DNA of 48,627 nucleotides from Anaerolineales bacterium UBA3071 (GTDB lineage Bacteria; Chloroflexota; Anaerolineae; UBA3071): NCBI GenBank assembly GCA_002366755.1, contig DFBV01000018.1, positions 15,508 to 64,134 of the forward strand, read 5' to 3'. Shown piece by piece: positions 40,734 to 48,627 of this stretch (position 1 is its first letter; each line of letters starts with the position of its first letter). The notes under the pieces were generated by a model. It saw only the letters and a program-made list of their open reading frames with translations, ran no database searches and was not told where the DNA came from. The position numbers and the translations under genes were made by a program.

Positions 40734-40827
40734 GACTCCCCTGAAAAAAGGGGGTAGTCACGCGAATCCCTTGTGTGACAACGGGGTTACTATGTATACA
40801 AGCCAAACTTGTCACCGAGGGTGAATT

Positions 40828-41589
40828 ATGTTACGAAGGAATCGACGTCATCTTCAACCTTTGCTTCTCAGCGATTTGGCCAAACTGTCCGAGAAAGCCC
40901 GTGCTCGCTTGGAGGCGTCCTGGGCCGGTACCTTCCGGCGAGAGTTCTTCGGTCGGTTGAACGAAGAACCCTTCGATGTGCTGTACTCAGACAAGCCTTC
41001 TCGTCCCAACACTCCCGTGAATGTGCTAGTGGGTTTGGAAACGCTCAAGGCTGGTTTCGGCTGGAGTGACAAGGAGATGCATGATGCCTTTCTGTTCGAT
41101 CTCCAAGTACGTTACGCTCTCGGGTATGATAACGTAGGCGAAGGTGACTTTGACTTACGCACTGTATACAACTTTCGCCATCACGTGTGTGACCATATGC
41201 GTCAGCATGGCGTGAATCTGATTGAGACCGCCTTTGAGCAAATCACTGATGAGCAAGTAGAGGCCTTTCAACTCAAAACGGGCAAACAACGCATGGACAG
41301 CACGCAAATTGCCACCAACATCCGACGCATGCCCCGAGTGCAGTTGCTGGTCGAGGTACTCCAGCGTGTGCAGCGCCTGCTCAGTGATGTTGACCAAGCT
41401 CACTATGCTGACGCTTTTGCTCCATATCTGAAAGGCTCGTCGGGTCAATACGTTTACCATCTCAGAGGTGAAGACACTGGGCCACACCTACAACGCATTG
41501 GTGAACTGATGTATCAGTTGATCACCGAACTGGCTCTGGCGTATGAGTCGGATGGGACTTACCAGATACTACTGATACTGTTGGTTTAA
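40828..41589 (+). pseudogene. Truncated IS1182/IS5-like transposase (N-terminal ~250 aa only)
   Basis: Same N-terminal domain layout as the intact transposase at 41644 (…DSTQIATNIRR… versus …DSTHVLAAIRK…). The reading frame ends inside the left inverted repeat of the inserted IS. Confidence 0.7.
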
Positions 41590-43375
41590 TTATGCAAACT
41601 TGTCCGGGCCTTGAGGGGCCATATGTGACAGAACTGGCGTGTTGTGGCACAATACAGGCCCGTCCAAAACGAGTACAAGCAAGCCAAAAGGAAATACATC
41701 GTGACACTTCGTGCCCGCGACCGGTTTGTTATCCCCGAGGAGACAGCAAGCGTAGCCCAAGAGGCCTTTCCCAAAGGTAATATCTACATGACGATGAGTG
41801 ACAAGTTGAACATCTGGTATCAAGACAGTGACTTCGCGTCCTTGTTTGCGCCACATCAAGGTCGTCCGGCTGAATCGCCGGGGCGGTTGGCTTTGATCAC
41901 AGTGATGCAATATGCTGAAGGGTTGAGTGATCGGCAAGCAGCAGAGGCTGTCCGCGCTCGGATTGACTGGAAGTATGCCTTGGGATTGGAACTGATCGAT
42001 TCCGGCTTTGACTTTTCGGTGTTGAGCGAGTTTCGGGATCGGGTGATCGCCGGTGGGGCGGAGCAGCAATTGCTGGATGACATGCTCAAGCAGTTCAAAG
42101 GGCTGGGCTTGCTGAAAGCCCGTGGTCGACAACGGACGGACTCGACCCATGTGCTGGCGGCGATCCGAAAGCTGAACCGGCTCGAGTGTGTGGGCGAAAC
42201 GCTGCGTGCGGCCTTGAATACTTTGGCTGCAGTCGTTCCCGAATGGCTGCTGGAGCAAGTCACCCCGGACTGGTTTGACCGCTATGGGAAGCGTTTTGAG
42301 CAATATCGTCTGCCCAAAGGGAAGGCCGAACGGGAAAGATTGGCAGACACCATCGGTGCCGACGGCTACCAGTTGTTGTCGGCCATCGATGCTGATAGTG
42401 CGCCTGGATGGTTGCGGGAGGTGCCTGCGGTTGAGATCCTGCGCCAGGTTTGGGCTCAGCAATACTATGTGCAAGACGATCAGGTGAAATGGCGTGCGGT
42501 GGAGGACTTGCCTCCCAACAAGCTGTTGATCCAGTTGCCCTACGACGCGGAAGCCCGTAACCGGACGAAACGCAGCCTCAATTGGACTGGTTATGCGGCT
42601 CATCTGACGGAAACCTGTGATGAGGAGACTCCCAATTTGATCACCCATGTGGAGACGACCCCGGCGACCACCGGCGACGTGGAGATGACGGATACCATTC
42701 ACGCCGCCTTGGCTGAAAAAGACCTTCTGCCCGACGAACATTTCGTGGATACCGCCTATGTCGCAGCCGAACAATTGGTGACCAGCCGTACTGACTATAA
42801 GCTTGACTTGGTCGGCCCAGCGCCTGCAGATTCCAGTTGGCAGGCTAGAAGCAAATCGGGTTTCGACATCTCCTGTTTTGGTGTCGATTGGGAAGCCCAG
42901 ACCGTTACCTGTCCTGAAGGCCAGTTGAGCAAGAGTTGGCGACCCCGAGAAGATGCTGGCGGCAGGGAATTCATTGAGGTCCACTTTGACCCGCACGACT
43001 GTCACGCCTGTACGAGTCGCCCGCAGTGTACCAGGGCCAAGGGCCATCCTCGCACTGTGAAGCTGAAACCACGTTCCCAATATGTGGCTCTGCAAACGGC
43101 TCGTCAGCGTCAAGAGACCTCTGAATTCAAGGAACGCTACAAAACCCGCGCCGGGATCGAAGGCACTATCTCGCAAGGTGTCCGTTCGTTTGATTTGCGC
43201 CGCTCCCGCTACATCGGCTTGCCCAAAACGCACCTGCAGCCTGTGGTCACGGCGGCAGCGATCAACCTGACGCGCACTGTAGCTTGGTTGGAGGGAACCC
43301 CAAAGGCGCAGACGCGCCTGTCCAGGTTTGCTGCTCTTGCACCTAGTACCTAACATAAATGAACCAACAGTATCA
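41573..43375 (+). mobile_element. IS1182-family insertion sequence (about 1.8 kb) nested in an older IS copy
   Basis: Terminal inverted repeats TGATACTGTTGGTTTAATTATG (41573-41594) and the reverse complement of 43354-43375 (20/22 match) bracket a single transposase ORF. Confidence 0.75.
41644..43353 (+). CDS. IS1182-family DDE transposase
   Basis: 569-aa ORF. RTDSTHVLAAIRKLNRLE, FVDTAYVAAEQLV, and the C-terminal YKTRAGIEGTISQGVRSFDLRRSRYIGLPKTHLQ motif typical of IS1182/IS5-like enzymes. Confidence 0.85.
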   Translation: MAQYRPVQNEYKQAKRKYIVTLRARDRFVIPEETASVAQEAFPKGNIYMTMSDKLNIWYQDSDFASLFAPHQGRPAESPGRLALITVMQYAEGLSDRQAAEAVRARIDWKYALGLELIDSGFDFSVLSEFRDRVIAGGAEQQLLDDMLKQFKGLGLLKARGRQRTDSTHVLAAIRKLNRLECVGETLRAALNTLAAVVPEWLLEQVTPDWFDRYGKRFEQYRLPKGKAERERLADTIGADGYQLLSAIDADSAPGWLREVPAVEILRQVWAQQYYVQDDQVKWRAVEDLPPNKLLIQLPYDAEARNRTKRSLNWTGYAAHLTETCDEETPNLITHVETTPATTGDVEMTDTIHAALAEKDLLPDEHFVDTAYVAAEQLVTSRTDYKLDLVGPAPADSSWQARSKSGFDISCFGVDWEAQTVTCPEGQLSKSWRPREDAGGREFIEVHFDPHDCHACTSRPQCTRAKGHPRTVKLKPRSQYVALQTARQRQETSEFKERYKTRAGIEGTISQGVRSFDLRRSRYIGLPKTHLQPVVTAAAINLTRTVAWLEGTPKAQTRLSRFAALAPST

Positions 43376-43649
43376 TCTATTCCGTTTGTCTATACGTTCG
43401 TTATTTGGTCTCTTGCGACCACCAAGCGGTATCACAATCAAACACCACTTTGCTGTTGGAATTAGGCCCCTGCATATGGGGTTCTTCGACCCTGACTGTC
43501 TTGGTATCACATCAGAGTGCAGTTAGGCCAAAGCGCCCCCCTTGGCATAGGGGAGGCAAGCAACCGACATGTCGCTCTATGTGACTACAAGACAGTCAGG
43601 GGGTGTGCGCACAGAGCCCTGCCATCGAAGAGGGTCTTTCAGCACGCTC

Positions 43650-44063
43650 CTAGTCCTCGTTGCACGGCGGGTTCCACTTGTTGAGCAGGTCCGCCTCCTC
43701 CTCTCGGCGGACTTGCCCATCGGCGGAGCTTGTGTGCGCGTGCACGTGAGTTCCACCGTGGCGTCTGACGCAGGGCATCTTCTCGTGGTTCGAAAGCCGA
43801 TCCTTGAGGCTGTTCGTCTCCCCGATGTAGACAGGCGTCCACCGCCCCGGAGATGTCTCCTTGGCGAAGATGTAGTTCCCTGGGGAATCCTTGAACGCTG
43901 TGCCGATCTCGTGAATCCAGTACGTGTACGTTCCGCCCGAAGAGCCGGGCCACCTAATAGTAGTGTCAGCCACGTCGTCCCTCCTGGACACCTTCTTGAC
44001 CACCCACGAGGGAGTGTCCCCTATTGTACGAAAGCACCCTGCTACAACAGCTGAGGCATCCAC
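43650..44063 (-). CDS. GIY-YIG nuclease-domain protein
   Basis: GNYIFAKE...WTPVYIGETNSLKDRLSNHEK fits GIY...YIG.T.nl..R...H. Confidence 0.6.
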   Translation of the reverse strand: MDASAVVAGCFRTIGDTPSWVVKKVSRRDDVADTTIRWPGSSGGTYTYWIHEIGTAFKDSPGNYIFAKETSPGRWTPVYIGETNSLKDRLSNHEKMPCVRRHGGTHVHAHTSSADGQVRREEEADLLNKWNPPCNED

Positions 44064-44111
44064 TGTGAATACCTCAGCGACAGCCCTGTGGTCGGCTCAG
44101 TGCTACGCAAT

Positions 44112-44336
44112 CTACTCGCAGAAGAGATCGCAGCAATTGTAGGGCAAGCAGTCGGGATGGTTGCAGCAATAGTAGCACCACACTTCGGGTGGGCCACCAT
44201 TCACCAATCTCCACCAGCAGGTCGTGTCCGGACCCACGTCCCAAGCGGTGGCCTGTGGGGTGAGCGCAGGACTCCCCGCAAGTAGCAGAACTCCCAGTAC
44301 GAGTGCCAACAGAACGAACCTCTTCGCCTTTGTCAT
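44112..44336 (-). CDS. Secreted Cys-rich peptide (74-aa precursor, 8 Cys in a 43-aa mature part)
   Basis: GGGAGGAG SD overlaps the anti-sigma stop. Signal peptide MTKAKRFVLLALVLGVLLLAGSPALTPQATA. Mature part WDVGPDTTCWWRLVNGGPPEVWCYYCCNHPDCLPYNCCDLFCE. Confidence 0.7.
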   Translation of the reverse strand: MTKAKRFVLLALVLGVLLLAGSPALTPQATAWDVGPDTTCWWRLVNGGPPEVWCYYCCNHPDCLPYNCCDLFCE

Positions 44337-44346
44337 GATCTCCTCC

Positions 44347-45195
44347 CTATTGAGTGAACATTGAAATGGCGGTGCGCTGCATTGCCTCACGAGGCAGAGT
44401 ACTGTACAGGGAGAACAACGTTGGCCCATCCTCCCACTGGAGGGTATTCTGTCGCGGTCCGGTCGATCCCCATGCGGCTGGGTGTCCTTCCAGGTCCACC
44501 CACTCCAGTACGCCTGGATAGGTGCTATAGATATCGTCCCGCTCCAACAGAGACAGCATGGACAGGTATAGCAGATCGACGCCCTGGCCCATGTCCTCAC
44601 GACGATAACCGATGGTGACCTCTACTGGACCCCTGAGGGTTACACCTTCCAGTCGGAACCCTGAAGGTAAGTAGTTCGGCTCGCGGATGGCTATGTCGGC
44701 ATGCTCCTGCGCCTCTGCGATGGTGGCGTACCACCTGGCATCAGAGGGCGGGCGCTCCGTGGCCCGGTGTAGCCTCGTCTGATCGACCCGCACCCGATCC
44801 AATCTGATGATCTTCGCATCCTGGAGAGATCGAAGAACCGTACCTCGAGCTTGGGGGGAGGCAGCGAGGATGAAGACGACGGCCCAGACAGTGGCCACCA
44901 CGCTAGCCAGCAGAATCCGGCCTGTGCTTCCCAGATTCGCCAGCAGGGCGAGGGGTCGAGCTCGCACACTCGTGCCCTTCTGCGGCCCAGCTTTGGCACA
45001 GTATTGCGCCTGCCACTGCTGACGCAGATCTCTTTCCAGCCGACGCCGGAAACGGTGTCCTGGGCTCCCGCCCAGCTCGGTCAGCCAGGCGGCGATGGTC
45101 ATCATCTCCCCCAGTTCAGAGGGCACCTCATCCAGATCCTCCATGACCTGGTCCAGGAACTGCAAGAACAGATGGACGGTTTCCTCTTCCTTCAT
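44347..45195 (-). CDS. Anti-sigma-factor-like membrane protein with DUF4367-like extracytoplasmic domain
   Basis: Follows the ECF sigma gene. Single TM (ILLASVVATVWAVVFILAA). C-terminal ...EAQEHADIAIREPNYLPSGFRLEGV... pattern. Start is ATG 45195 (GGAG SD) or the longer 45267. Confidence 0.6.
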   Translation of the reverse strand: MKEEETVHLFLQFLDQVMEDLDEVPSELGEMMTIAAWLTELGGSPGHRFRRRLERDLRQQWQAQYCAKAGPQKGTSVRARPLALLANLGSTGRILLASVVATVWAVVFILAASPQARGTVLRSLQDAKIIRLDRVRVDQTRLHRATERPPSDARWYATIAEAQEHADIAIREPNYLPSGFRLEGVTLRGPVEVTIGYRREDMGQGVDLLYLSMLSLLERDDIYSTYPGVLEWVDLEGHPAAWGSTGPRQNTLQWEDGPTLFSLYSTLPREAMQRTAISMFTQ

Positions 45196-45253
45196 GACGA
45201 TGCTCCGGTAGCAAAATGATGACAACGCGATAGCGATAGTATAATGACCGAGA

Positions 45254-45808
45254 TCACTTGCAGTCACGTCCTTTCAGTTGGTCTCTGAGCTTGCGGACAG
45301 TGCGATACAGAAGCGTCCCAACATTGGACTCGCTGAGGTCCGTGATCTGAGCTATGCGCCGATTGGTCAGGCGAGCGCCGAACTTGAGAGCGATCAGCTC
45401 CTGCTCACGCTCAGGCAGGGAGCGGACGCAGCGCTCCAGCGTCTCTCGTTGCTTGCGATCAAGCAGCTCTCGCTCAGGGGTCGTCGGGTCTGGCAGCGGC
45501 GGCAACTCCTGTAGGCTCACGGATGTCCCCTGTTTGCGATGCCGTCTGGTGTCCTCGGCCAGCACCCGGCGAGCGATGCCAAAGAGCCAAGCTTCGAGGC
45601 TGCCCCGCTCCGGACAATAGGTACGCAGTCCTCGGAGCGCCTTCTCGAACACCGCGGAGGTCAAGTCCTCACACTGCTGCCGATTTCCTACCCGAGAGAC
45701 GAAGTAGCGATAGACGCAGGGCATGTGTCTGTGGTAGACCTGCGCGAAGCTCTCCCAATCAACCGGTAGGGTCTCGGTATGCACTCTGCTCTCCTGCGAA
45801 GAGGTCAT
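45254..45808 (-). CDS. ECF-type sigma-70 family RNA polymerase sigma factor
   Basis: Region 2 (DLTSAVFEKALRGL...EAWLFGIARRVL) and region 4 (LPEREQELIALKFGARLTNRRIAQITDLSESNVGTLLYRTVRKLR). Confidence 0.85.
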   Translation of the reverse strand: MTSSQESRVHTETLPVDWESFAQVYHRHMPCVYRYFVSRVGNRQQCEDLTSAVFEKALRGLRTYCPERGSLEAWLFGIARRVLAEDTRRHRKQGTSVSLQELPPLPDPTTPERELLDRKQRETLERCVRSLPEREQELIALKFGARLTNRRIAQITDLSESNVGTLLYRTVRKLRDQLKGRDCK

Positions 45809-45953
45809 GATGATGTGGTCAAGAAGCAGGTCCCTGCATCCTCGTGTCCTTCTCCATAGAAGGACGTCGATATCGCGGCAATGTCACAGGTGCATCCCGT
45901 ATCTGGTGTAGCTTCCCCAGTCGTTCCCCCGGCGCCGAACACCCTTCTATAAT

Positions 45954-45982
45954 ATTATACGTGATTTTGGCGAAAGTGTCAC
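45954..45982 (-). promoter_or_regulatory. Candidate promoter GTGACA-17 nt-TATAAT upstream of the ECF sigma gene
   Basis: On the minus strand, GTGACA is at 45982..45977 and TATAAT at 45959..45954. The palindromic TATAATATTATA also offers a plus-strand -10. Confidence 0.35.
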
Positions 45983-46612
45983 ACACGGGTTTGCACGGAA
46001 CATGCACCTGAAGCCGTGTCATCACGCTGCGTATCTGTGACGCCAGCCGTCCGTCAGCTGATGTTCGCGGCCGGATCTGGTGGAGGCGGCGAGTGAGTGG
46101 GTGAGCCAGAGGCAGCGTGGCATGGAGCCGGCTCTGGCGCAGACGACTTCCGATGTGCTGAGTCCATGTTCTTCTGGCTGGGGTCTCTCGCGTCAGCCTG
46201 GCGGCTGGGCGCACCCCCTCGAGGAGTAGACAGCCAGCGATGCGCTGGGCCACACCAGAAGAGCCCTCCGCAGGAGATGTGGGAGAGAGGGAGAGTCCTG
46301 TGGCGGCACACGCCTCCGTAGGCGATCACTGATACCCACGGGCGCCTTCTGGATCGGGTTCGGGGAGACCTGCCTGAGATGCCAAAGAGAATCGCTCAAT
46401 GGACATCGTCCCCCACTCCATGCAGGAGCATGCAGTCAGCCGCATCTTGCAGCAACAGGGACGCACCTGGATTCCCGACACGCATCCTCCAAACTCAGGT
46501 GTGATACTTTGCTCGAATCAGCGTATATCATAGTAGAGGGATCTGATGCGATGCATCCACGGTCAGGTCCACCATCGCGCAGGCCACAGTCAATGACGAG
46601 AGGAGTAGCTCA

Positions 46613-48627
46613 ATGAGACACCTTTCATTGCAGTTCCGCCGTCCGCTGACACTGCTTCTGCTGGCCTCGATCCTCGTGGGTCACTTGGGATCCCCGCTGG
46701 CAGCAGCGCCCGCTTCGATTTCCTCGGTTGCATTCCCCGAGCCGCCACGGTCGTCGAGCAGTGGCGGTTCCCTGTTTCTGCCCCTGGTGGTGGGTGAGCC
46801 AGGGGAGGCACGGGCTGCCCCTCCCGTGGATGACACACTGGAAGCGAGTCCGGCCGCCGGGACGCCGCGCCTGAAGCTCAGCAAACGTGCCGAACCGGTC
46901 GTGGCGTTGTCCGGAGGGATGCTGACCTACGTCGTTGAGGTCGTGAATGCGGGCGAGGCTGCGGTCAAGGATCTGCTGCTGAGCGACGATCTGTCTGCGG
47001 GACTGACGGTCGTAGAGGGCAGCGTCCAAGGCTTCACCTACGATGAGTGGGCGCATCGCCTGACCTGGGCTGTCTCCGAGTTGGGGCGCGGAGAGCGGCT
47101 GGAGGGCCGTTTCCAGGTGCGAGTGCAGGGCTTCCAGCCCGGCGAGGTGATCCTCAACAGCGTTGAGGCCACTGCCGGCGAGCCAAAGGAAGTGCAGCAA
47201 GCCAGGGTGGAAACGCTGGTGGTGCAAACGATGGCCGAGACAGTCTGGGTCACGCCAGAAGAGGGTGGGTTGCTGCGTTCAGCAGATGGGCAAGTAGAGG
47301 TGCGCATACCACCCGGTGCTATGCAGGACCGCACGCGGGTGACCTACACCCCACGGCCGGACATCGCCGAGGGGACGGCGGACAGACCTTTCGCCTTCGA
47401 TCTGGAAGCGGAGAACGAGGCCGGGCAGGCGGTGCGGGAGTTCGCCGCACCGTTGGAGCTCCTCTACCGCTACACCATGCCACCCGCCACGCCGCCGGTG
47501 TACCGGGAGCCCGAGCTGTTCCTGCTGGACGAAGAGACGGGCCACTGGCTACCGCTGGGAGCGGAGATGGACGAGGAGGCCGGGGTGTTGCACCTGCAAC
47601 TGCCCCACTTCTCCACCTACTCCGAGGGCAGCACCAGCTATGTCATGGAGCGCACGTCCAGCCTGAGGGGGGCGCGGACCAACCTCTTCAGCCTGTCGGC
47701 GGGCTATTCGCATGGCTTCGAGATCCCGCCCGGCGTGCGCGGACTGGCGCCGACGGTGGGGCTGAGCTACTCCAGCGCCAGCCACACGCCCAACAGTGGC
47801 CACTTGAGCTATGCGGGGTACGGCTGGCAGATGGTGGGCGCAGATTCCGTATACATCCCGCCGGGTGATGCTAACACATTCAAGCGAGTGTTGACGCTGC
47901 AAGGGGCGACGTACACGCTGCGCAAGACCTCGGATGGCACTTGGTTCGCCAAGGAGAATCCCTTCTTGAAGATCACCGAGTCGGGAGGGCATCACTACAC
48001 GCCGGACACGGTCAATGTCTGGACGCCCGATGGCACCAAGTACACCTTCGGGGGCAGCAGTGTGGACGCCGTGTACTACTGGAAAGGGTGCAGCAACCCC
48101 TCGGTGGGCACAGGCGAGCGCTATGTCCGGCTGCCGTTGGCCAAGATAGAGGACACCAGCGGCAACATCGTCAACTACTCCTGGGAAGCGGAGGTTGAGG
48201 GGACGGTGCCATATGATTGTGAGCAGGACTCTGGATGGCAGGACACGCATGAGCACCAGCGGGCGACGCGGCTGACGGAGATCACCTACGACAACGACGA
48301 CCTGGTGAAGATCGCCTTCAGCTACGGCAGCCGCTTGGACCGTCCTTCGGGCTACGACAGCGCCAGCTGGCGGTTCCACACGGAGAAGAAGCTGACCTCC
48401 GTCAGCGTGCAGATCAAGGATGGGGCCTATTGGCGCACGGTGCGCACCTACACACTGACGCACAACGCGCAGAACGAGACGCAGGCGGTGTCGCAGAAGG
48501 TGCTCAACCTGGACAAGATTCAGGAGAGCTCGGGTGCCTCCAACTGGCCGGCGACAGAGTTCGACTACTCGGACGACTACTTCGTCACGGAAGGAGAGTA
48601 TGGGTCCCTGACGGAGGTCAGCAACGG
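46613..48627 (+). CDS. Large secreted toxin-like protein (signal peptide, DUF11-like repeat, SpvB/TcB-N-terminal-like domain), 3'-truncated by the window; absent from the ORF track
   Basis: GAGAGGAG SD then ATG 46613. 671 codons with no stop to the window end (read by hand). LTYVVEVVNAGEAAVKDLLLSDDL (DUF11-like). FEIPPGVRGLAPTVGLSYSS...GYGWQM (SpvB-like). The minus-strand ORFs here are shadows. Confidence 0.8.
   Translation, partial: MRHLSLQFRRPLTLLLLASILVGHLGSPLAAAPASISSVAFPEPPRSSSSGGSLFLPLVVGEPGEARAAPPVDDTLEASPAAGTPRLKLSKRAEPVVALSGGMLTYVVEVVNAGEAAVKDLLLSDDLSAGLTVVEGSVQGFTYDEWAHRLTWAVSELGRGERLEGRFQVRVQGFQPGEVILNSVEATAGEPKEVQQARVETLVVQTMAETVWVTPEEGGLLRSADGQVEVRIPPGAMQDRTRVTYTPRPDIAEGTADRPFAFDLEAENEAGQAVREFAAPLELLYRYTMPPATPPVYREPELFLLDEETGHWLPLGAEMDEEAGVLHLQLPHFSTYSEGSTSYVMERTSSLRGARTNLFSLSAGYSHGFEIPPGVRGLAPTVGLSYSSASHTPNSGHLSYAGYGWQMVGADSVYIPPGDANTFKRVLTLQGATYTLRKTSDGTWFAKENPFLKITESGGHHYTPDTVNVWTPDGTKYTFGGSSVDAVYYWKGCSNPSVGTGERYVRLPLAKIEDTSGNIVNYSWEAEVEGTVPYDCEQDSGWQDTHEHQRATRLTEITYDNDDLVKIAFSYGSRLDRPSGYDSASWRFHTEKKLTSVSVQIKDGAYWRTVRTYTLTHNAQNETQAVSQKVLNLDKIQESSGASNWPATEFDYSDDYFVTEGEYGSLTEVSN

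Noticed and set aside
45819-46253. 144-aa minus-strand ORF, plus other ORFs in the 45.8-46.6 kb gap.
   Set aside because: They are Arg-rich with no SD and no motifs. The region is better explained as a divergent promoter/untranslated or decayed region between the ECF sigma gene and the toxin gene.

Overview
GC-rich bacterial chromosomal window. The secretin-less Tad locus, lipoboxes on exported proteins and a 23S-IVS-type four-helix-bundle gene suggest a Chloroflexota-like monoderm, but that is only a guess. Layout: (1) 1-7060 is a Tad/Flp pilus locus: tadZ, tadA, tadB, an unknown gene, tadC, an ICMT-like methyltransferase, a 48-aa Flp pilin missing from the ORF track, and two TadE/G-like genes. 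Its intergenic gaps are filled with long low-complexity hairpins. (2) 7.1-10.2 kb is an accessory patch: two tiny membrane-protein genes, a WGR protein, a tnpB split into two head-to-head fragments, and a small thioredoxin-fold-like gene. (3) 10.2-17.2 kb is a minus-strand MacAB-like efflux operon (HlyD adaptor, double-FtsX permease, two ATPases). It has been invaded by a four-helix-bundle gene, CT/GA simple repeats (some translated in frame) and an orphan AbrB-type antitoxin. (4) 17.5-26.2 kb is a lower-GC, tightly coupled minus-strand operon: Cys/acid-rich precursor, graspetide-type ATP-grasp maturase, ABC exporter, divergent PurA paralog, HAD-kinase-nucleotidyltransferase fusion and an MccF/LdcA-type S66 peptidase. 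This is my best candidate for an undescribed RiPP/nucleotide pathway. (5) 26.4-40.5 kb holds four paralogous ~860-900-aa double solute-binding lipoproteins with no permease. Each is preceded by a small peptide gene, three of them with an intervening hairpin. The region also has a radical SAM/SPASM enzyme with a (H-x-N/D-x)x4 peptide, a TlpA-like oxidoreductase, and a duplicated ~200-nt leader (SD-uORF, GA tract, strong terminator). (6) 40.7-43.4 kb holds nested IS1182-like elements. (7) A GIY-YIG gene and an ECF sigma/anti-sigma/Cys-rich peptide module follow. (8) 46613-48627 is a large secreted SpvB/Tc-toxin-like ORF that runs off the window and is absent from the supplied ORF track. I saw no rRNA, tRNA or CRISPR array. 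Many longest-ORF starts in the track overshoot, so I re-called starts from SD sequences and signal peptides.
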